DNA of 62,356 nucleotides, filler included, from Sanchytrium tribonematis (Eukaryota): NCBI GenBank assembly GCA_018985235.1. It is 4 parts of 4 records of this genome, joined end to end, with 100 filler letters (N's around TTAATTAATTAA, not from the genome) between each part and the next. Parts side by side here need not be neighbours in the genome. Positions count along the whole stretch, not along the records: positions 46,892 to 62,356 come from JADGIG010000150.1; 3 more parts are not named here. One strand, 5' to 3'. Shown piece by piece: positions 56,401 to 62,356 of this stretch (position 1 is its first letter; each line of letters starts with the position of its first letter). The notes under the pieces were generated by a model. It saw only the letters and a program-made list of their open reading frames with translations, ran no database searches and was not told where the DNA came from. The position numbers and the translations under genes were made by a program.

Positions 56401-56635
56401 GGGGATTATTTGGCAAATGCATCGAGTCAGTACATGTTGGGATCTAGCAGGTGCTTGACGAGCAGTCTGACGAGCAGTCTTGGGGGATATCATCTCGGTG
56501 CATTCACACGTGCATTATCAATTTGATCATTTTGATCAGTTGATGCTTCATGATGTGATTGATGATGCAATATATGTTGTCATATTAGCTCATTAAAACA
56601 TCCCACGTCGTCATTAAATAATACAGGGTCAAACT

Positions 56636-57481
56636 ATGTTGTATGCTTGTTATTTCGCAGTGATGTTGAGAGATTCATTACCATTTCAAATGGCTTCTCT
56701 TAGATTGAAAGAATTGGTGAATGTAAAATATCCAAATCTAGTGCAACAAATTGATTCTAAATATGATGCTGCACCAGAGGATGATAGAATTAAACTAGAA
56801 TCTCAATTAAGTGTGGCTATGAAAGAATTGGAATCTGATTTGGTAATAAAAACCATTGGTCAAGATGTGATGAGCACTGTAATTGATTTTGCAGATGCAA
56901 ATAAGAATGAATTGTATGGATATGCCAAATGGGTGACTAGAGAGAATCATAATTTGCAATATTTCAAATTTGTGGCCAATGAGTACATTGCATCCGTACG
57001 AGCAGATGCTGAGAATGCTGAGAATATTCAAAAAGTGACATGGCGTAGATCTACGCATATTCATGCTAGAGATTTAAGACATGAATTTCAAGAATTTGCA
57101 ATGCATGGCACCACCGTCTATTTAATCACTGGATTATTAGAACATATTGTCACATTTATTGATAGTGTGAGAGCATTAGTGGGTGCAGAAGCAGAAAGAC
57201 CTACAGATATCTTTTTGATGATTTCTAGTTCAATTTCATTGGCATTTTTATTAATCATGGTATTTGGGACAACTCAGGGATTGGATATTCAAAAACCATT
57301 GAGAAAATCATTGCCAGGTGAAACACCGCAATTTGTATTGGCATGGCGAATGGTCAAGGAAATCTTACGACGCATTGGGATTATTCGTGAAGATTTAGTA
57401 GCACCACCTTTTGATATTGAAAATAGAATTGCTGCAATTGCTGCTACTCAAAATGAAAAGAATGAAAAGATTGGAAAATAA
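56636..57481 (+). CDS. Hypothetical helical protein with hydrophobic N-terminus and C-terminal hydrophobic segments
   Basis: 281-aa ATG ORF; TM-like IFLMISSSISLAFLLIMVFG. Confidence 0.65.
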   Translation: MLYACYFAVMLRDSLPFQMASLRLKELVNVKYPNLVQQIDSKYDAAPEDDRIKLESQLSVAMKELESDLVIKTIGQDVMSTVIDFADANKNELYGYAKWVTRENHNLQYFKFVANEYIASVRADAENAENIQKVTWRRSTHIHARDLRHEFQEFAMHGTTVYLITGLLEHIVTFIDSVRALVGAEAERPTDIFLMISSSISLAFLLIMVFGTTQGLDIQKPLRKSLPGETPQFVLAWRMVKEILRRIGIIREDLVAPPFDIENRIAAIAATQNEKNEKIGK

Positions 57482-57509
57482 AAATGTGTCAATTTATTTT
57501 TTAAAACAA

Positions 57510-58106
57510 ATGACTATCCCAATCATCACCAAATCATATTTAATCGCAGTAGGCATTCTATTTATCCTAGTGCAATTACAAGTATTTAATCAATTAACCA
57601 TCATGTTTAAATACTCGTATGTATTCAAAAAAATGCAATTTTATCGTATTTTAACCAGTTATTTATATTTTGGAAGTTTATCGATTGATGTCTTATTTCA
57701 CTTGTATTTTATGATACGCTATTTAACATCATTAGAACAGATGTTGAATAGCATTGAAATATTGTACATGTTGATGATTGGAACCAGTTCGATTACTTTA
57801 TTAAATTGTTTCGTAGATTTCCCATTTTTATCATTTTCACTGTCATTTATGATTATATATGTATGGAGTCGATTAAATGCGAGTTTATTATTCTCATTTT
57901 TTGGATTATTTACATTTTATGCGAGTTATTATCCAATTATATTAATTAGCATTTCATTTATATTACAGAATCATGTGCCATATCATGATTTAATGGGATT
58001 ATTAGTGGGACATGTGTATTGGTTTGGAAATCATGTGTATCCTCGATTACAAACAAATCAAGGAACCAGTCGTAAATTGGATTTATTTAGGAAATGCATT
58101 GTTTAA
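57510..58106 (+). CDS. Derlin (Der1-like ERAD membrane protein)
   Basis: IPIITKSY, QFYRILTSYLYFG, RYLTSLE, YVWSRLN, FFGLFTF.A.Y.P, DLMGLLVGHVYWF. Confidence 0.92.
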   Translation: MTIPIITKSYLIAVGILFILVQLQVFNQLTIMFKYSYVFKKMQFYRILTSYLYFGSLSIDVLFHLYFMIRYLTSLEQMLNSIEILYMLMIGTSSITLLNCFVDFPFLSFSLSFMIIYVWSRLNASLLFSFFGLFTFYASYYPIILISISFILQNHVPYHDLMGLLVGHVYWFGNHVYPRLQTNQGTSRKLDLFRKCIV

Positions 58107-58186
58107 AGCACCTAGAATGTTGTATTTGGTATTTGGACCATTATTACAAGTGCCTATACCACCAGAACAAGTTGAATAAATATAAT

Positions 58187-61100
58187 TTATTTTTCTTGTA
58201 ATTCGGCTGCTTCTATCAAGTACTTCTCAGCTTTCTTTAAATCAGGAGTAACACCGAGACCCTTTTTGTAAATAACACCAAGACGATGTAGAGAGTCTTT
58301 AGCCAATGAAAATTGCCCACAATCTTTATACAAATCACTAAGATCAATTAAAGAATCAATGTCTCCTAAATAAACAGCAATTTGGTACAATTTCATGGCT
58401 TTTAAGACATGTTTCTCGCATCCAAATCCATTGCGGTGGAAGATGGCTAGTGAATGAAAGCCTTTGGCACACCTTAAATTTGCAGCTTTCAATGCATATA
58501 AGAAAGCTGTTTCATAATTTTGTACCACCTCTTTCCCTTGAAAATAAATAGCTGCCATCTGGCAATATGCGAGACCACATCCCAATGCACCTGATCGACT
58601 GTAGAATTCTATGGCCTTTTCAATTTCACTTTCTTTTTCTTGCATGAATCCCAAATAATATATCGCAAAGGCATGATTTTGTTTTGCACCAATTTTAAAA
58701 CATTCTAATTTATCTTTTTCATTTTTGAGATAAATCCCCAACATTGTTGCAGCATATCCCTCTTTTTTGATTGTGAATAATAATTGGATTGATGTAGCCT
58801 TATCTGCTGGTTCGGGTTTGCCATCGTAGCACATTATTGCGGTCAAGTATACAGCTACTGGTACCGTTAATGCTTTTAAAATATTCATGGCTTTTTCATA
58901 TGATTGCTCACAGCCAATTCCAAAAAAAAACATGATCCCATGCATTAAGCGATCAGACTTCAATTTTATGTAAATTTGTACAAATTCGGGACCATTTGTT
59001 TGATATTTCTTATAACAAGTCGATAAGAATCTGTTAATGGTCTCCATATCAGCAAATTCAGAAATAATTTGCAAAAAGTACTGCTTAAATTTTTCTGGTT
59101 CGTTGACTGAACTTTCTAATTTGAGTTCCAATGGTAATTTTATGGCTGGTCCCACCAATTTAATTATATCAGCCTCTCCAACGGATGGCACATCCATGAG
59201 AGTTTCTATCAAATTTGTTAATTCTACAACTTTTGCTGTTGAGTCTAATTTACCATATTTAACAGCATTTTTATAATACTGCAATGCTAAATCTACATTT
59301 TTATTGACACCGTATCCTTCCTCGTACATTGAAGCAATATAATTATGCGATTCAGGAATATTTGATTCTATGGCTTTTTGAAACGATTCCAAGGCAAGAG
59401 AATAATTTCTTTCACACCCGTAGCCGTGTAAATACATGACACCCATGTTGTGATATCCCATCGGCATTTCATATTCAATGGCACGCGTGAAACACTCGAT
59501 TGCTTTTTTGTAATCATTTCTTTGGTAATATATGCCACCTAATCCAACCCAAGCCTCATGAAAACCCTTGAAATAAGAAAGCTCATAAAAATGAATGGCT
59601 TGCCCTTCATTTTTTGTACATCCGGTGCCATTTTCATAGCAGGATGCCAAATAATAATATGCCATGGAAATGTTGGATTTAGATGCCAAAGAGTAGCAAT
59701 TGAATGCTGAAGGTTCTTCTTCGGTTCCATTTCCACATTCATGCATATATCCTAAAAATACTTGTGCAATTGGGTCCTTGCACGATTTAAACATTAGAAA
59801 AGTTTTAGAATCATCAATTTCATGACCAATTCCAAAATACTTGCAAATGGCGGTGAACAATGTATCTCCAGCACTGATTCTCAATAAAGATAAATCGATT
59901 TCTTTCAAATTTGAAATAAATGCATCGATAGTGGCAATCGAAACTGTTTGGAGCAATTTCATTAATGATGGCTTGAGCAAATCAATATTTACAGAAACAA
60001 GGGCCTTTTTAAATATCATCAGCATAATCTGAAAATTAGGCGTGTTGAGTGACAAAAAATCATTCTTAAAGTCTTGTGGTTGAATGGGTTCGATTTTTTG
60101 GGGATTATTTGAAATGGCATTTGCATCGACTTTTCTATCTTTTTCCTTCTTAATTGCTTGATTTTGGATTGTGGCACTCTCAGAGTCGATATGTCTAGTT
60201 GGTGTTTGAGGACTATCATTTTTGGAGTCAATTTTGATATCTTTGACAACAATTGATCGAATTTCAACTGGAGAGGTAGGCTTAAAATGACTTTCTAAAA
60301 GAAGCACCATTTTTTTCATTATTAATCTGTCTTGAGGCTTTGAGGCCCAAGCTTGGACCATTACACTAAATAAAGGTTCTTTGATAGTCTTTTCAGAATA
60401 TGGTCTCAATCCTTGACACACTGCTTCTTTCATATCACTGGATCCAAAATCTTTCCATGGAATTGTTTTTGTAGCAATTTCCCCTAAAACAATTGCAAAT
60501 GCGTAAATATCTCCAGCAAATGGAAAATTTGACCGTGCTTCTACATATTCTGGTGTGATATGCCAGTACTCTGGTGCTCTCCATTGGTCTGTTCCGATAG
60601 TCCTACTTTTGCCTACAGAAGACATATTTGAAGAATTTGTTAATTTAGACATTCCTTCATTAATTTCAATTACCTAAATCAATGATGCGTGGGATGAATA
60701 ACTTATCAAGCATGATATTGTTTGATTTTATGTCATTATGCGCAATGCCATTCAAATGCATATAAGCCAAACCACGGGCAATCCCGAGTTGAATTTTATT
60801 AATTTGGTCTTCTGGTAACACCTCGTCATAATATAACCAACTCGAAAGTGTATGGTTGTCTATGTACTCTGTGACTACTCCCAAATTGCCATTTAGTGCA
60901 GTAACTCCAAAAAATTTCACAATAAAGGGAGATTTTTGTAACATTTCAAATGCTTTGACTTCCTTTAAAATGGATTTGTTCTTTTGAAATGCATCTGACT
61001 TGATCTTGTAGCTGCCAGGATCTTTAAACGGTATATCCTTCATACGCTTCACAGCAACATGCAATCCTTGCCATTCTCCCATGTAAACTGCGCCAAATGA

Positions 61101-61787
61101 ACCACTTCCCACTTCTTCCTCCATATTCACAGTGATGTCACTAATGTAATCAATTTGAAATGGTCTACTTTTCTCAATGATCACCTCTTTCACCACCTGC
61201 AACTGTGGCACCGTCACTTGTCGGACCTGAGAATTCATGAGTTGCTCAAACATTGCTTTTATATCAGCCATTTGACTTTCTGACGTATTCATATTCTCTT
61301 TAACAAGTTTGATAACCTCCACAGAATCTCCTGAGCCACTCATTTTATCAATCTGACTAATAAGAATCTCCAACTGTCCAGAAATTTCTGCGTCATTTTT
61401 GTTTAATTGACTGGTGTCGTCTTTGATGTCAATCGTATTACACACCACTAATTCACTTAAAAGTCTGCTCAGCTCCTCATTATAATTCATTAGTTCATCT
61501 TTGAACTTGTCTGCTTTCAATACTTTTTTAATCACATTTCTCTCCTCAAAACGCGTCACAAACTCAGAAATACCCTCCATAGTTTGTATCAAAGTACCTA
61601 ATGTGTGTATGGTAGTCTCTGAAAATGTTTTCGACCCCATGTCTTGAAGAATTAAAAACAAACGACTTAATCTCAAGTGCAATTGCTTACATTCATCCAA
61701 ATTTTCATTTGCTATTTTCATTCTTTCCAATATTGGTAGTATAAATCCAATAATTTCAAAAGCTTTTCCAATTAAAATTACCTCCAT
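58187..61787 (-). CDS. MLKL-like N-terminal four-helix bundle + TKL-type kinase + Sel1-like repeats; two exons 61787-60674 and 60654-58187
   Basis: N-terminal ENLDECKQLHLRLSRL...FVTRFEERNVIKKVLKADKFKDEL. Kinase GSGSFG, VAVK, HNDIKSNNI, DL|G across the intron, GTDQWRAPE, DIYAFA. Multiple (L/M)GxxYxxGxGxxxD/N repeats. Confidence 0.88.
60655..60673 (-). other. 19-nt GT-AG intron (GTAATTGAAATTAATGAAG)
   Basis: Excision yields RIIDLGMSKL and joins kinase subdomain VII to VIII. Confidence 0.9.
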
Positions 61788-61956
61788 TGGATGTAGAATG
61801 ACCTAATGGTAAAGTGGCTAGTATTTACAAAATTTCATGGAAGAATTGACAGAGATTTAAGTATCAAGTGTCATTTCATTTAAAATTACCACAATCAATT
61901 ATTACTCATTAGTGCCAACAACTTAAAAGAGATATATTTATTGCAATAAATGCATT

Positions 61957-62355
61957 TTACATGAGAAACAAAGTAGATACAGCCAATACTGAGAATGAGG
62001 TGGCACGTGAAGATGAGACTTTGTCACTGCCACCATCTTTGGTACTATTGCTACTTTGTGTAGTATTTGTGCTGCTTGAATCACTTGATGAATCACTTGA
62101 CGAATCACTTGATGATTGATTTGATCCATATTTTGCAGCACATGATTTGACTGCATTTAGTTGATCTGTAGTCACATTTGGGATATTCCCACTGCTAATC
62201 ATCGTCAATGACATTTTAGCAGCATATTGGGCACATTTATCAGGGCATTGCATAATTCGTGATTGGAAATCTGGATTTTCTGCGCATATTTGACCATCTT
62301 CTTCATGACATTTGGTGGCATAAATCCATACGGATCCATTCTCCATATCTTTATC
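61957..62355 (-). CDS. Cys-containing, Ser-rich, probably GPI-anchored surface protein, 5'-partial
   Basis: Frame open to the window end; SSDS repeats (62081-62113); hydrophobic C-terminus FSVLAVSTLFLM. Confidence 0.6.
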   Translation of the reverse strand, partial: DKDMENGSVWIYATKCHEEDGQICAENPDFQSRIMQCPDKCAQYAAKMSLTMISSGNIPNVTTDQLNAVKSCAAKYGSNQSSSDSSSDSSSDSSSTNTTQSSNSTKDGGSDKVSSSRATSFSVLAVSTLFLM

Positions 62356-62356
62356 A

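Noticed and set aside
54800..56480. Short direct repeats (ATGGGTATGAAAT x2, TCATCTACTGA repeats, TGACGAGCAGTC x2) as a CRISPR-like or regulatory array
   Set aside because: Only 2-3 adjacent copies with no repeat-spacer structure; ordinary local duplications. No CRISPR, rRNA or tRNA gene was recognised in the window.
1..62356. Non-standard genetic code (stop reassignment) as the cause of split ORFs
   Set aside because: TAA, TAG and TGA all end conserved genes at expected positions; the splits are frame changes explained by 19-nt introns.
1..62356. Numerous 60-150 aa ORFs antisense to or nested in long genes
   Set aside because: Shadow ORFs, many with TTG/GTG starts and no recognisable motifs.

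Overview
AT-rich, gene-dense eukaryotic DNA in the standard genetic code. Gene content (ALG11, VIP1, DeSI-thioredoxin-PUL, proteinase-K-type subtilisin, GH114) suggests an early-diverging fungus or holomycotan; this is inference and I cannot name the species. The window is not one locus. It is four contigs of decreasing size (1-15570, 15671-31200, 31301-46791, 46892-62356) joined by artificial 100-nt spacers (N44-TTAATTAATTAA-N44). Contigs 1, 3 and 4 are packed with almost intronless genes. Contig 2 is a transposon graveyard (LINE, Ty3/Gypsy, hAT, pogo, piggyBac, possibly MULE remnants). Main observations: (1) all four introns I can reconstruct are exactly 19 nt, phase 1, with an invariant ATTNAT at positions 10-15; (2) a single-ORF non-LTR retrotransposon carries tandem ubiquitin-like domains ending in RGG just before APE-RT-CCHC-RNase H, suggesting polyprotein cleavage by a host deubiquitinase, and it sits in a kinase gene with a 15-bp TSD; (3) two secreted paralogs have a Cry delta-endotoxin domain-I-like helical bundle; (4) a TPT-family (putative PEP) transporter is fused to a pyruvyltransferase; (5) an MLKL-like 4-helix-bundle/kinase/Sel1 gene is restored by one of the 19-nt introns; (6) a tandem cluster of signal-peptide-bearing kinases and a pseudokinase. 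All domain calls come from motifs recognised by eye; no searches were run.
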